Both the position numbers and the translations under genes were made by a program. This document shows positions 10,269-19,814 of a stretch of DNA of 64,000 nucleotides, piece after piece. Source of the stretch: a virus (taxonomy: Duplodnaviria; Heunggongvirae; Uroviricota; Caudoviricetes). The stretch is taken from the IMG/VR virus record IMGVR_UViG_3300031413_000001; one strand, written 5' to 3'. The notes under the pieces are model-generated. The model had not been told where the DNA came from, made no database searches, and worked only from the letters and a program-made list of their open reading frames with translations. Within the stretch, counting starts at the first letter, position 1. Every line of letters starts with the position of its first letter.

Positions 10269-11598
10269 GTTCAATCTTGCCGATGTATTGGGCCGCTATG
10301 GTATTGATGATGCCACTGCTGGCCGCCTAAAGGGCAAAATGCAGGGCGATGATCTAATGAATTTGGTCAACTATCTAACGGGTCCGCAGGGAGTTAACCT
10401 CTCCAAAGCATCCGCGATACTTGGTAAATATGGAGTCAAGCTAGGGAGCAGCAAGCCCATGGAAAACTATCTAAATGCCAAGTACGAAAGCGTCAGGAAT
10501 GGACGTCCTCTGGATGAGACTTTTGGTGGTGTTATGACCAAGGTTTCCGAAGGCTACACCTACGCTGTTGAAGTTTCTGAACAAAGCCGCGATCGAGTTC
10601 TTGACTGGTTGGATGAAAATTCAGTAAGCTACCAGGCTACCAGCCCAACAAACTACCGCATTGAGTGCGGTGACCGTGAGGGCGCATATCGCACCGGTCG
10701 GGCACTATCTGAAATCCTCAGGAAGCCAACGGTGCGTGACTCCGTTGAAACTGTTGAGGAAAAGATGAGTAAGAATCCAAACAAGCGCGTCAATGACGCC
10801 AAGGACAAAATGTCCAAGATCACGCCCAAGGATCCCAACCGCCAGGCAGCAACCATGCGTAGCGGCGCTGGTTATCACAAGGGTGAAACGGATCTTCGCA
10901 AAGTGGACAAGGGTGCCCGTGGCGCCAAGTACAAGCCTCGTTACGACGAGGAGATCGAAGAACCAATTACCGAGGGAGTGATGGGAATGAAGCCAGTGAA
11001 TCCACTTTTCCGCCTGCGCGAACTCGCAGGTCTTCCTGAACTAGACGAGGACGATTTCGAGGGAATTGAAATCCCTGAGATTGGTGCCAGCGATCCAGCT
11101 GGTCCTCTTGGTGCAGGCCCAGTTGCCGATGAACCAGCCGACATGGATGTAGATGGAATGGGAGACGATCCCGTTGCTGATCCAATGGACGACATGGATG
11201 GCGGCATGGACGACACCATGGACGACGCGATGGATGCTCCAGTTGACCCAATGGGCGACGAAGGTGTTCCAGGCGAGCTGGGTGCTGACCCGGTTGAGAT
11301 GCCAGGCGACGACATGGGAATGGACGTTCCCGACATGGATGCTCCAATGGATCCCACTGGTGCTCCAATGGCTCCACCGGTTGGTGCTCCAATGGGTATG
11401 GGTGCTTCAATGGCTCCTCAGCAGAGCGATGCAATGGCTCAGATTGAGGACAGCCTGAACAGCATCCAGACTGGTCTTGCAGACATTCGCCTCTCGGAGT
11501 ACAAGAGCCTGATCCAAAAGCTTCAGGACCTCACCAATCAGGCCCAGATGATGGGACGTGATTACTTGGGTGAGAGCGCTATGAGGCGCAAGAAGTAA
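10261..11598 (+). CDS. acidic Asp/Met/Pro-rich repeat protein (function unknown)
   Basis: The listed ORF starts at 10108, but its 5' part overlaps the upstream ORF; ATG at 10261 (MDKFNLADV...) is preferred. C-terminal third is built of degenerate MDD/PMG repeats (DDMDGGMDDTMDDAMDAPVDPMGDEG...APMAPPVGAPMGMGASMAP). Confidence 0.55.
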   Translation: MDKFNLADVLGRYGIDDATAGRLKGKMQGDDLMNLVNYLTGPQGVNLSKASAILGKYGVKLGSSKPMENYLNAKYESVRNGRPLDETFGGVMTKVSEGYTYAVEVSEQSRDRVLDWLDENSVSYQATSPTNYRIECGDREGAYRTGRALSEILRKPTVRDSVETVEEKMSKNPNKRVNDAKDKMSKITPKDPNRQAATMRSGAGYHKGETDLRKVDKGARGAKYKPRYDEEIEEPITEGVMGMKPVNPLFRLRELAGLPELDEDDFEGIEIPEIGASDPAGPLGAGPVADEPADMDVDGMGDDPVADPMDDMDGGMDDTMDDAMDAPVDPMGDEGVPGELGADPVEMPGDDMGMDVPDMDAPMDPTGAPMAPPVGAPMGMGASMAPQQSDAMAQIEDSLNSIQTGLADIRLSEYKSLIQKLQDLTNQAQMMGRDYLGESAMRRKK

Positions 11599-11828
11599 TG
11601 CGCTTTCGGGAGATTCGAGGAGGTATCCAAGTTTCTGTTTCCAATGAGGAGCAGGAGATGGTCGACCTCATCGAATCTCAGGAAGATAAAACAATCAAGC
11701 GAAGTGAGCTTGACGAACGCCAAAAGGAAGTGGCGCGCAAAATGGTGAGCAGGGGTGTTCTTGAAAGAACCCAGCATGATGGATCTCTGTTCTACATCGT
11801 AAGCAAACTAGATGATCTTTGGAGATAA
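11598..11828 (+). CDS. hypothetical protein
   Basis: 76-aa ORF; start overlaps the previous stop (ATGA-type junction). Confidence 0.4.
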   Translation: MRFREIRGGIQVSVSNEEQEMVDLIESQEDKTIKRSELDERQKEVARKMVSRGVLERTQHDGSLFYIVSKLDDLWR

Positions 11829-11829
11829 C

Positions 11830-12558
11830 ATGAGCAACTCTCTCATCCCAATGGGACCCAGCAACGCAGACATCCAGGAAATGGCACGTCTTCGTAATAT
11901 TCTGAACGGCGGAAGCAATGTTCCCGCTGTGGCAAACGAAACTGTGAATGCCCATTATTCGGGTGGTTACGCAGGAACCCAGCGTCCTCTAAACGAGAGC
12001 CGTGGCTATGTGGCGCCCGCTGCACCAGCATACATGCCCAGCTTTGGCACAAGCCGTGCAGACGTGGATGCAATGAAGAACATCATGGAAACGCTTAACC
12101 AGCTTTCCGGTGATGAAGAGGCGCCTCGCCAGCAGCTACAGGAAACTTCGCAGTTTTCCAGCCCAGCCCTCCCTGCTCCTCAGAATGGTCCATACAGCGT
12201 TATGGCAATCATCGAGGAAAGCGGTGGCAAGGACGTAAATCGCTACAATGTTGTTGACGCTGGACGTCGCGATGTTGCTCCTGGAATGGTAATGAAGGAA
12301 GCAGCAACGGCAGTCATGAAGCTTCTAAACAAGGGCCAGCAGCTTTCCTCACCCAAGGTGCAGGAAGTGTTGGATCTTGATGAGGAATTCAACCGCAGCA
12401 GGATTGAAACGGGACGTCACAAGGCCCGTTATGCAAGGTCGATGGAACTGGGCGAAAGCGCAGCGGCTAATGTGTTCAAGGATCGCTTTAATGCGGCTCG
12501 CGCACAGGCACTGGCAGCACAGGACACCATCAAATCGATCAACGAATCCCTTCGTTAA
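11830..12558 (+). CDS. hypothetical protein
   Basis: GGAGA precedes the ATG at 11830 (MSNSLIPMG...). About 243 aa. Followed by a terminator. Confidence 0.5.
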   Translation: MSNSLIPMGPSNADIQEMARLRNILNGGSNVPAVANETVNAHYSGGYAGTQRPLNESRGYVAPAAPAYMPSFGTSRADVDAMKNIMETLNQLSGDEEAPRQQLQETSQFSSPALPAPQNGPYSVMAIIEESGGKDVNRYNVVDAGRRDVAPGMVMKEAATAVMKLLNKGQQLSSPKVQEVLDLDEEFNRSRIETGRHKARYARSMELGESAAANVFKDRFNAARAQALAAQDTIKSINESLR

Positions 12559-12568
12559 TCAATGGTAG

Positions 12569-12597
12569 CGGTTGGTATTGATTTACCAACCGTTTTT
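12569..12597 (+). terminator. intrinsic terminator
   Basis: cggttggta-ttgatt-taccaaccg followed by ttttt. Confidence 0.7.
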
Positions 12598-12660
12598 CCA
12601 TGACTGATACCACGTCCGCTAAATACACAATATCGCAGCTTACTTGTCTGGAAGGATGTC

Positions 12661-12954
12661 ATGGGCATTGATGAACTCAACACAAGTCCTAATTACCGCC
12701 TTTCCAAAGTCCTAGGATTGTTGGAATCGCTGTTTGGTGTGACGATCGATTTCGATGCCGCAAATAGCACGGCAGAACTCCAGAGCGTCTACGAAGCGTA
12801 TGGACTAGAACGTAGCAGGATTATCAAGGAGTCCACTTTTAACTCCTACAATAATGATCCCAGCTACACCAAAGCGGTACTAATTCAGGAAGCCATCAAC
12901 ATCTTTCTCAGCGAAGTTGCGCCCAAGCGTCTCCGCAAGAAGACTTCTGCCTAA
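12661..12954 (+). CDS. hypothetical protein
   Basis: 97-aa ORF located just upstream of the large repeat protein. Confidence 0.45.
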   Translation: MGIDELNTSPNYRLSKVLGLLESLFGVTIDFDAANSTAELQSVYEAYGLERSRIIKESTFNSYNNDPSYTKAVLIQEAINIFLSEVAPKRLRKKTSA

Positions 12955-12966
12955 GGAGCAAACCAC

Positions 12967-14934
12967 ATGACGAATACTAAGATTGAGAGGCTGAAGGCAA
13001 TCAAGGAGGAGTTCGCTCGTACGCAACTTCGCATTGCTGAAGTCCGAAAGCTAGAAGAGAGCGCAGAGAGCACAAGCCTCTCCAACCTTCTGGAAAACGA
13101 CCTGGAGCAGGCAGAACTAGTTCTGGCCGCACAGGATATGATGCACAAGTTGCAGAACATGGCTGAAGACCTGGCCAAGATGAATGCCCAGGATCTCTTC
13201 CCCCTCGTTGACAAGATGAAGGCAGCTTTTGGACAGGAAGCCGCTCACTCGTTTGAAGAGTCCTCGCAGGAGGCCATCACCGGCGCAATGAACACGGTTC
13301 GCCGTGCCAAGGACGAAATGGGCAACTCCATTATGCGTCTTGAAGGCAAGGTTCCACCCAACGACATGAGCGCAGACGCCAACATGGATCCCGGTGCAAA
13401 CATGGCCGATCCAGCAGCAGAGCCTGCTGACGCTGGTGCTGTTGATGCCGCAATGGACGACTTCGGTGGTGCAGATGCTGCATCCGGTCCAGAGCAGGAG
13501 CCACTGGGTCGTGCCCGCAAGGAGTCGCGTGAGGGTGGTAAGGCTCTCAATGAAAGCGTTATCCTAGAGTCCGCTGGTCGCAAGCTGATTGAGACCGAGG
13601 GTCTTGATTCGCTCATTGGTTGGGTCTTGAAGGAAGCAGCCGCTGGCATGCCAGAAGAGCACTTCCGCAGTTTTGCTACCAGCGTTGCCCAGAAGGCAGC
13701 AAAGGATCCAGCAAAGCTCGCAGGCTGGATTGGTAAGAAGAAGCACGGCATGGCTGCAATGGCCCAGCTGGCAGAACCAACCCGCACGCAGAGCCAGGAT
13801 CAGGAGCACTACGAAGTAATGGAAGGCAAGTCGTTCAAGCAGAGCGACGACGAGGACGATAACTGGAAGAAGAAGTCCAGCGATAAGGCCCGTAGCAATG
13901 CCCGCCGTGAAAAGCAGAAGGGCGACGATCTGGAAGAAGGCAAGAGCTTCAAGCAGAGCGATGACGAGGATGACAATTGGAAGAAGAAGTCCAATGACAA
14001 GGCTCGCAGCAACGCACGTCGCGAAAAGCAAAAGGGTGATGACCTGGAGGAAGGCAAGACTTTCCGCAAGGGTGATGACGAAGAGGACAGCAAGGCTGAC
14101 CGCATGAAGGCTCGATCCGATGCACGTCGTGAAAAGCAGAAGGGTGACGACAAGGTCTCCGAAGCTACTCTGACTGCACAGGGTCTGGCACAGATCATCG
14201 AAGCATCCATCAAGACAACCGGCAAGGGCAATGCTGCCAAGGCCGTCAAGGAAGCTGTTGCTTACTTGGACAAGGCTGTTGGCATCAACGAAAGCGAAGG
14301 CGGAAATCTGGCCAAGCTGGTTGAGGCATTCCAAGCTGCATACGGTGTAACGCCAGCAGTTTATTCGGTTCAGAAGATGAAGGAAGCCGCAGTTCCAATG
14401 AGCCCGCAGGACAAGAAGAACGGCAATGCCGCTCTTGGTAAGATTGCAGGCAAGATGGGCGCAAACCGTTCCACAGCTACTCAGAGCGTCCAGAGCGCAA
14501 TGGCTGGCATGGATGGCCAAGAGCGTAACGCGGCCAACAAGATGCTGAACACGATGAAGCAGAATGGTGAGAATCCAAAGAATGCTGGTGAGTTTGCTCA
14601 GAAGGCAAGCAGCCTCGTTGGTGACGACGATGCAGTGAATGAGAACATCAACGCGGCACACTGGCCAGTTGATTCTCAGGGCCAGTACAAGGGTGAGCCA
14701 ATGAGCACCGACTATGGAAAGCTCAAGCCAATGACCGGCGCTCCCAAGGCCGGCAAGACTGAGGGCGGTGCACCAGAGACCAAGGTTGAAGAGCCAAAGG
14801 TCGAGGGCGCAAAGGCTCCAGAGGGTGGCGAAAAGCCCAAGGGCAATCCTTTTGCCAAGAAGTCCGAGAAGAAGGAAGAGCCAGCAGCCGAAGAGCCCGC
14901 TGATGATTCCGACGACAACGACGACGACAAGTAA
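12967..14934 (+). CDS. large acidic protein with tandem 38-aa repeats (function unknown)
   Basis: 655 aa. Coiled-coil-like N-terminus and Ala/Lys-rich middle. Three tandem copies of EGKSFKQSDDEDDNWKKKS(S/N)DKARSNARREKQKGDDLE. C-terminal poly-acidic tail DDSDDNDDDK. Confidence 0.6.
   Translation: MTNTKIERLKAIKEEFARTQLRIAEVRKLEESAESTSLSNLLENDLEQAELVLAAQDMMHKLQNMAEDLAKMNAQDLFPLVDKMKAAFGQEAAHSFEESSQEAITGAMNTVRRAKDEMGNSIMRLEGKVPPNDMSADANMDPGANMADPAAEPADAGAVDAAMDDFGGADAASGPEQEPLGRARKESREGGKALNESVILESAGRKLIETEGLDSLIGWVLKEAAAGMPEEHFRSFATSVAQKAAKDPAKLAGWIGKKKHGMAAMAQLAEPTRTQSQDQEHYEVMEGKSFKQSDDEDDNWKKKSSDKARSNARREKQKGDDLEEGKSFKQSDDEDDNWKKKSNDKARSNARREKQKGDDLEEGKTFRKGDDEEDSKADRMKARSDARREKQKGDDKVSEATLTAQGLAQIIEASIKTTGKGNAAKAVKEAVAYLDKAVGINESEGGNLAKLVEAFQAAYGVTPAVYSVQKMKEAAVPMSPQDKKNGNAALGKIAGKMGANRSTATQSVQSAMAGMDGQERNAANKMLNTMKQNGENPKNAGEFAQKASSLVGDDDAVNENINAAHWPVDSQGQYKGEPMSTDYGKLKPMTGAPKAGKTEGGAPETKVEEPKVEGAKAPEGGEKPKGNPFAKKSEKKEEPAAEEPADDSDDNDDDK
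13822..14152 (+). repeat. three tandem near-identical 114-nt in-frame repeats (third copy diverged)
   Basis: Copy 1 begins at 13822 and copy 2 at 13936, differing only at synonymous or conservative positions. Copy 3 (about 14050-14152) is more diverged. Confidence 0.8.
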
Positions 14935-15010
14935 GAACGCCGTGCCGGTAGCTGGAGACAGTTACCGGCATTGCCATATCAGAGTAAATAGTGAAAATAG
15001 GAGACACCGT

Positions 15011-15377
15011 TATGCGTTGGACAGAGATTTTCACTGAGGAACTCAACCCGCTGCAGATTGCAAAGGGCGTCGTCATGGACATTGTTTCTCGTCTCAAAGC
15101 ACAGGGTGTGGGAAGCATCACAGTCAAGCAGGTTGTGGACTTGATTCGCAACAATCCTGATCTAGATGGAACTGCCGTGGATGCAGATCTGGTTGCCACT
15201 GCCGTCAAGGGTATGGAGGGACTCTCAGTTGAGCCCGATCCCGAGAATGGTCAGTTGAGCGTTATGATCAGCAACGCCGGAGCAGGACGCCAGGTCGATC
15301 AAAAGCAAGCTGAAAAGGACGACAAGCAGGTAAAAAGTGCCGCCCTTCGTACCATTGCACAAAAGGACAAAGAATGA
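15011..15377 (+). CDS. hypothetical protein
   Basis: GGAG precedes the ATG at 15011 (MRWTEIF...). Stop overlaps the next start. Confidence 0.45.
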
Positions 15378-15727
15378 TCACCTTTCCCACAGCCGCTGAA
15401 GCACGCGCAGGAAGTCGAAACAACCTCGTGATCTATGACGAGATTCGATGGATTGAGCGAAAGATCTTTGAAGCCATTGAACTTGGCAAGTTGTCACTGG
15501 ATGTCAAGGACAGCCCTTTCACAGATCCACTAAGCTATGATCCGCTGAATGAAGCCAAGCTGGATGCTCGAGATTACTATGGCGCGCTATTCAGCGATGT
15601 CTATGACCGCAGCCTTCGTGAGCAGATTGATTTGGTACAGAAGAACTTCTACGACCTGGGCTACCAGATTGTGCCTCTGAAGAACCTCTCAACTGGCAAC
15701 ACCTTTATGTGGAGGATTCTCTGGTAA
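15374..15727 (+). CDS. hypothetical protein
   Basis: 117-aa ORF with ATGA-type overlaps on both sides. Confidence 0.45.
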   Translation: MITFPTAAEARAGSRNNLVIYDEIRWIERKIFEAIELGKLSLDVKDSPFTDPLSYDPLNEAKLDARDYYGALFSDVYDRSLREQIDLVQKNFYDLGYQIVPLKNLSTGNTFMWRILW

Positions 15728-17352
15728 TGGAACTATTCAAACAACTCAGCGAAGCCAAGCTTCACAGCCGTCTCCACTATGAGGGACTGGACATCAGCGT
15801 TGAAGTTCCTGCCGGCGGCTACCGTCGTGGCAAGAACCAGAAGACCGGTGAAGCATGGTCGCACAAGATCAAGGACAACTACGGCTACATCAAGGGAACT
15901 CACAGTCCCGATGGTGAGCACTTGGATTGCTACCTCCGTAAGAACCCCAAGAGCAACGCAACTGTCTATGTGGTCCACCAGCTTACCGTTGATGGAAGCA
16001 AGTTTGACGAAGACAAGGTCATGCTTGGCTATTCCAACAAGGATGAAGCTGTCAAGGCGTTCAAGGAATTCACGTTCAAGCCAAATGTGATGTATGGCGG
16101 TGTAACGGAGTTTGACATGGAGCACTTTCAGCTTGCCTGCTTTAGTGCCTCTAACAGTCACGCCATGTTGACCAACAACAAGACGTTTGAGCTGTTCAAG
16201 AAAAAGGGTCTTTTGGGCTCGCGCATCAGAAGTCCCAATCAGATCGCCCGTCGTGTCAGCGAAAGTCTCCATGAGGGTCTCAACGAGATTGGCGAGACGT
16301 TGTGGCGTGGTGACCTCGAGGAATGCTTGGATTGGTCTGGGCTCTATGAGGGTGCGGAGATTGAAGCAGTCCTGAGCCGCGCTTATGGTCACTACACCAA
16401 TACTCCATACATGCACGAAATGGGACAGCTTTCGGAAGGTGAGTTCCGTGAACGTGCCCTACAGCGTATCATGGAAGATGATGCCCTGGCAACAGATACG
16501 GAAGATCAGATTCAGGTCGTTGAAAGCATTCGTGATGATTATGATCATGAGAGCAATCCTGTTCTTGATATCGAGAACACGTCCCTAAATGAATTCGAAG
16601 AACTAGAAGAGGAGCCCGTCATGGAGGCCAACAATTTCGTAGTCGTAGTTCATACCCAGATGATGGAGAACATTGGTACGGCAGCTCAGCCCAGCTGGGC
16701 AACTGCTGGCTCGCGTACTCAGCTGGTACAAGAGGGCTTTACCAACTATGGTGATGCTCGCGCCGTTGCGGCCAAGGTTTCCTCTGGACAGATCCCCGTC
16801 AACATCGCGGAAGGTGCCTATGTTCTAGGCATCGACGTTATGCCAATCGGTGAGTATCGTCAGTTCCACGAGGATGACAACGCAGAGCCCGTTGAGGAAA
16901 CTGTCGAGGATGAAACCACTGAAGAAGTGTTCTTTGCCCAGCAGATTCAGGAGATGAAGGATCGCGCAGGCGTCCACGATGGAAGCTACACCAACAAGGG
17001 AACGCCCAGTGTTCACGAGACACGTGAGCGCCTTGAGAAGCTTTCACAGAGCTATTTTGAGGAAGCAGCCGCTGAGGAACTGGAGGAGCACAAGGCTCCG
17101 TCCAACACTCTGAGCGATGGACAACTCGCCCATACGCTCCGAGTAGTCAGGGAGACGCTCAAGAAGAATCCAAGCGCGCATGTCAACAAGGCTATCAGGG
17201 CTGTCTGCCAGAAGCTCTATGGCAACCCCTCGTTGGACGAGGAAGTCATCAAGCACGCTGAGTTCGAGTACGGAACCCTGGACGACTTTGATGCGAACGT
17301 TCGCGGCAAGGGACTTGGCACGGCTGTTGGTATTTCCCGGACGCCTAGGTAA
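15709..17352 (+). CDS. hypothetical protein
   Basis: 547-aa ORF with an acidic C-terminal half. No motif recognised. Confidence 0.55.
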   Translation: MEDSLVMELFKQLSEAKLHSRLHYEGLDISVEVPAGGYRRGKNQKTGEAWSHKIKDNYGYIKGTHSPDGEHLDCYLRKNPKSNATVYVVHQLTVDGSKFDEDKVMLGYSNKDEAVKAFKEFTFKPNVMYGGVTEFDMEHFQLACFSASNSHAMLTNNKTFELFKKKGLLGSRIRSPNQIARRVSESLHEGLNEIGETLWRGDLEECLDWSGLYEGAEIEAVLSRAYGHYTNTPYMHEMGQLSEGEFRERALQRIMEDDALATDTEDQIQVVESIRDDYDHESNPVLDIENTSLNEFEELEEEPVMEANNFVVVVHTQMMENIGTAAQPSWATAGSRTQLVQEGFTNYGDARAVAAKVSSGQIPVNIAEGAYVLGIDVMPIGEYRQFHEDDNAEPVEETVEDETTEEVFFAQQIQEMKDRAGVHDGSYTNKGTPSVHETRERLEKLSQSYFEEAAAEELEEHKAPSNTLSDGQLAHTLRVVRETLKKNPSAHVNKAIRAVCQKLYGNPSLDEEVIKHAEFEYGTLDDFDANVRGKGLGTAVGISRTPR

Positions 17353-17375
17353 ACGTCGTACCACTAGGTAAATAT

Positions 17376-17399
17376 GGAGCGGACGGAAACGTCCGCTCC
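17376..17399 (+). terminator. GAAA-tetraloop hairpin (terminator-like, no U-tract)
   Basis: ggagcggacg-gaaa-cgtccgctcc. A 10-bp perfect stem 24 nt after the stop of the 15709-17352 gene. Confidence 0.4.
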
Positions 17400-17466
17400 A
17401 GTCATGTCTGGAAGATCGGAAATAGACACAAACTCCAGAATTCTATATACCCAGAAAGAAAAAGAC

Positions 17467-18165
17467 ATGATCACACAGAACAAACAATTCACATATCCCA
17501 AGCTGGAGCGTATCACACGTCCAGATGGTGTCCGCCATTATCTTGATGATCTTGGCATCCCTCATAGCAGCGTGACCACCATCCTTGGTGCCACGGAAGA
17601 CAAGACTGGCTTGATGGAGTGGCGTGCTTGGGTTGGCGACAAAAAAGCTGACCAGATCCGCGACGATGCCTGCTCGCTGGGAACCTTGATGCACACTCAT
17701 CTGGAAAACTGGATGGTGGGCGAGGAACGTCCTCGTGGCAGCAATGTGATCCGGAAGATGGCCACCAACATGGCCGACGTTATCATTGAACAGGGCCTCA
17801 GCAATGTTGAGGAAGTCTGGGCAATGGAAGAGATGCTTTACTTTCCTGGCCTATATGCAGGAACGGCAGACTTGATTGGAATCCACAATGGCGAACCAGC
17901 CATCATGGACTACAAGACAACCAACAAGATGAAGAGCAAGGACAAGATTCAGAACTACGCTTGTCAGCTTGCTGCCTATGCTCTAGCACACAATGAACTG
18001 TTTGACACCAACATTCGTCGCGGTGTCATCTTCATGGTTGCCCGCGATCTTAGCTTTCAGGAGTACGTCTTCGAAGGCAAGGAGTTTGAAAAAGCGGTTG
18101 AGACTTGGATGGAACGTCTAGAGATGTTCTTCAGCCAGCAGCAAGCTTCTCTCGAGCAATCTTGA
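17467..18165 (+). CDS. PD-(D/E)xK family nuclease (RecB/Cas4/phage-exonuclease-like)
   Basis: The listed ORF start at 17374 lies inside the upstream hairpin, so ATG 17467 is preferred. Motifs GTADLIG...EPAIMDYKT (D...E-x-K) and QLAAYA. Confidence 0.6.
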   Translation: MITQNKQFTYPKLERITRPDGVRHYLDDLGIPHSSVTTILGATEDKTGLMEWRAWVGDKKADQIRDDACSLGTLMHTHLENWMVGEERPRGSNVIRKMATNMADVIIEQGLSNVEEVWAMEEMLYFPGLYAGTADLIGIHNGEPAIMDYKTTNKMKSKDKIQNYACQLAAYALAHNELFDTNIRRGVIFMVARDLSFQEYVFEGKEFEKAVETWMERLEMFFSQQQASLEQS

Positions 18166-18565
18166 TGTGACGGCAGATCCTGCCCCGTGATCCCGCTTGG
18201 CACGTGCAACTTGCCTTGTTGCCATCCAGGGTCACGGTGTAGAGGTCGCCCTTGCTTCCCTCGATCTCCATTACGGTTGCCGTTGTGGGATCGGGAACAT
18301 TCACGGCATTGGGATTATCGGGTTCCTCCGATGTGCCCAGTACCTTGAGACTTTTGACCCGGTCGATGGAAATGGTGCTCTCATAGTGAGTCTTGCCAAA
18401 CACATCCTCGCGGGCAACCACACGGAGGGTTTCGGGTTTGTCCCAAGCGTTGGGATGCGCCACGATGCCCACAATCGGTGGCCTGGGAAAGTTCATCCAC
18501 TCAATGGAGTAGAACGTCTCAATCTCAACCCGTGTGCCGATCGGTGGAACTTTGATCTCATTCAT
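18131..18565 (-). CDS. SWIM zinc-finger protein
   Basis: C-terminal CTCQAGSRGRICRHIKIA matches the CxCxnCxH SWIM signature. Confidence 0.5.
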   Translation of the reverse strand: MNEIKVPPIGTRVEIETFYSIEWMNFPRPPIVGIVAHPNAWDKPETLRVVAREDVFGKTHYESTISIDRVKSLKVLGTSEEPDNPNAVNVPDPTTATVMEIEGSKGDLYTVTLDGNKASCTCQAGSRGRICRHIKIAREKLAAG

Positions 18566-18623
18566 AGATCCAATCTAGCAAGCTTCTTACCAAAGTCAAG
18601 CTGGGGAATAAATATGTGGTAAA

Positions 18624-19244
18624 TTGGAGACACGCATGGCTGTAATTCAGATCACTAGGGTCCAGCACCGCCGGGGAACAAGCGGCGAGTTGCCCGATGC
18701 CTTGGCTGATGGTGAGTTCGGCGTCACAACTGACACGGGCGAGATCTTCATGGGTGCGCCCAACTTGCCCGCGCTCCAGAACCGCCGATCTTATCCCTAT
18801 CAGAACATCAAGGTTCTCACCGAGTTTGACATCCAACGTGGCATCAAGGGTGATGTTTATCACCACGGTCCGCTGGTTGGCGTCAAGCTACCATCTGGGT
18901 CAGCTTCCGCATTCGTTCCCTGTGTTCCATTGTTCCGACATGGATCCGTTGACTATGCGGTTTTTGACTTTGGTCTTTCGACCAACAACAGCACGATCAA
19001 GGCTGTTGGAGAGATCGCGATCTGTATTCATCCTGGCGACCCCAATGCCTCCACTGTTAAGGTAACTATCAAGAACTCATTGAACTTTAGTCCCGAAGCA
19101 TTGGCTCAAATTGGCTGCAAAGTTCAATCCCTTTCCCCAGCGGGAAACGACAATGGGATTACCTGGCTAGCCGTTCGAACAGGAACAGCGTTTGACTGGA
19201 CATTTACTGTCACTGGTCGCGAGTGGACTAATCCTCCGCTCTAA
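18624..19244 (+). CDS. hypothetical protein
   Basis: 206-aa ORF; beta-rich composition. No motif recognised. Confidence 0.5.
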   Translation: METRMAVIQITRVQHRRGTSGELPDALADGEFGVTTDTGEIFMGAPNLPALQNRRSYPYQNIKVLTEFDIQRGIKGDVYHHGPLVGVKLPSGSASAFVPCVPLFRHGSVDYAVFDFGLSTNNSTIKAVGEIAICIHPGDPNASTVKVTIKNSLNFSPEALAQIGCKVQSLSPAGNDNGITWLAVRTGTAFDWTFTVTGREWTNPPL

Positions 19245-19269
19245 CTAAAACTTCTCTCAGGAGAATCAC

Positions 19270-19722
19270 ATGAACCCTTTTCTACTGCCTCCCAGCGAGC
19301 GTCTCGCTGAATGGAGGGCATTTCGCACCAGCCTCGTTGGCATCGGAGACATGGAGCAGCTTCAAGCTGTGGCAAAGTGGGTGGCTCTCGCCCCCACGAG
19401 CACCTTTGTTCTAGATTACGATGATGCACAAAGTTGGGCCGGTCCCTGGGACCTTCTCCATCAGGGTGATTTCGATGATGTCGCAAAGGCCTATCTGATG
19501 GAGCAAACGCTCTACATGCTGGGCTGGGCTCCCGAGCGTATGAAACTGGTTATGATCCGGAACCAAGAGGCGTCTTTGCAGACGATGATCCTCTTGATTG
19601 ATAACAAGTGGGCTCTGAATTATGCTCACGCAGACGTGTTCAATTTTGACACAGAGCGTCAGAATTGTGTAACTCTGGTTAGCTATCGTGTAAACCCAGA
19701 AGGCGGGCATCTAGAAGCCTAA
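19270..19722 (+). CDS. hypothetical protein
   Basis: 150-aa ORF. Confidence 0.5.
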   Translation: MNPFLLPPSERLAEWRAFRTSLVGIGDMEQLQAVAKWVALAPTSTFVLDYDDAQSWAGPWDLLHQGDFDDVAKAYLMEQTLYMLGWAPERMKLVMIRNQEASLQTMILLIDNKWALNYAHADVFNFDTERQNCVTLVSYRVNPEGGHLEA

Positions 19723-19814
19723 TTAGCGGATCCCTTGGAGCATAAACGCCCAGGACAACGCGAAAAAGTGCATACTAAATACCGGCCCAACGAAACAAAG
19801 AGAACAGGAACAAG

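Noticed and set aside
13564-14661. 365-aa minus-strand ORF inside the repeat-protein gene
   Set aside because: Antisense shadow of a repetitive, codon-biased + strand gene.
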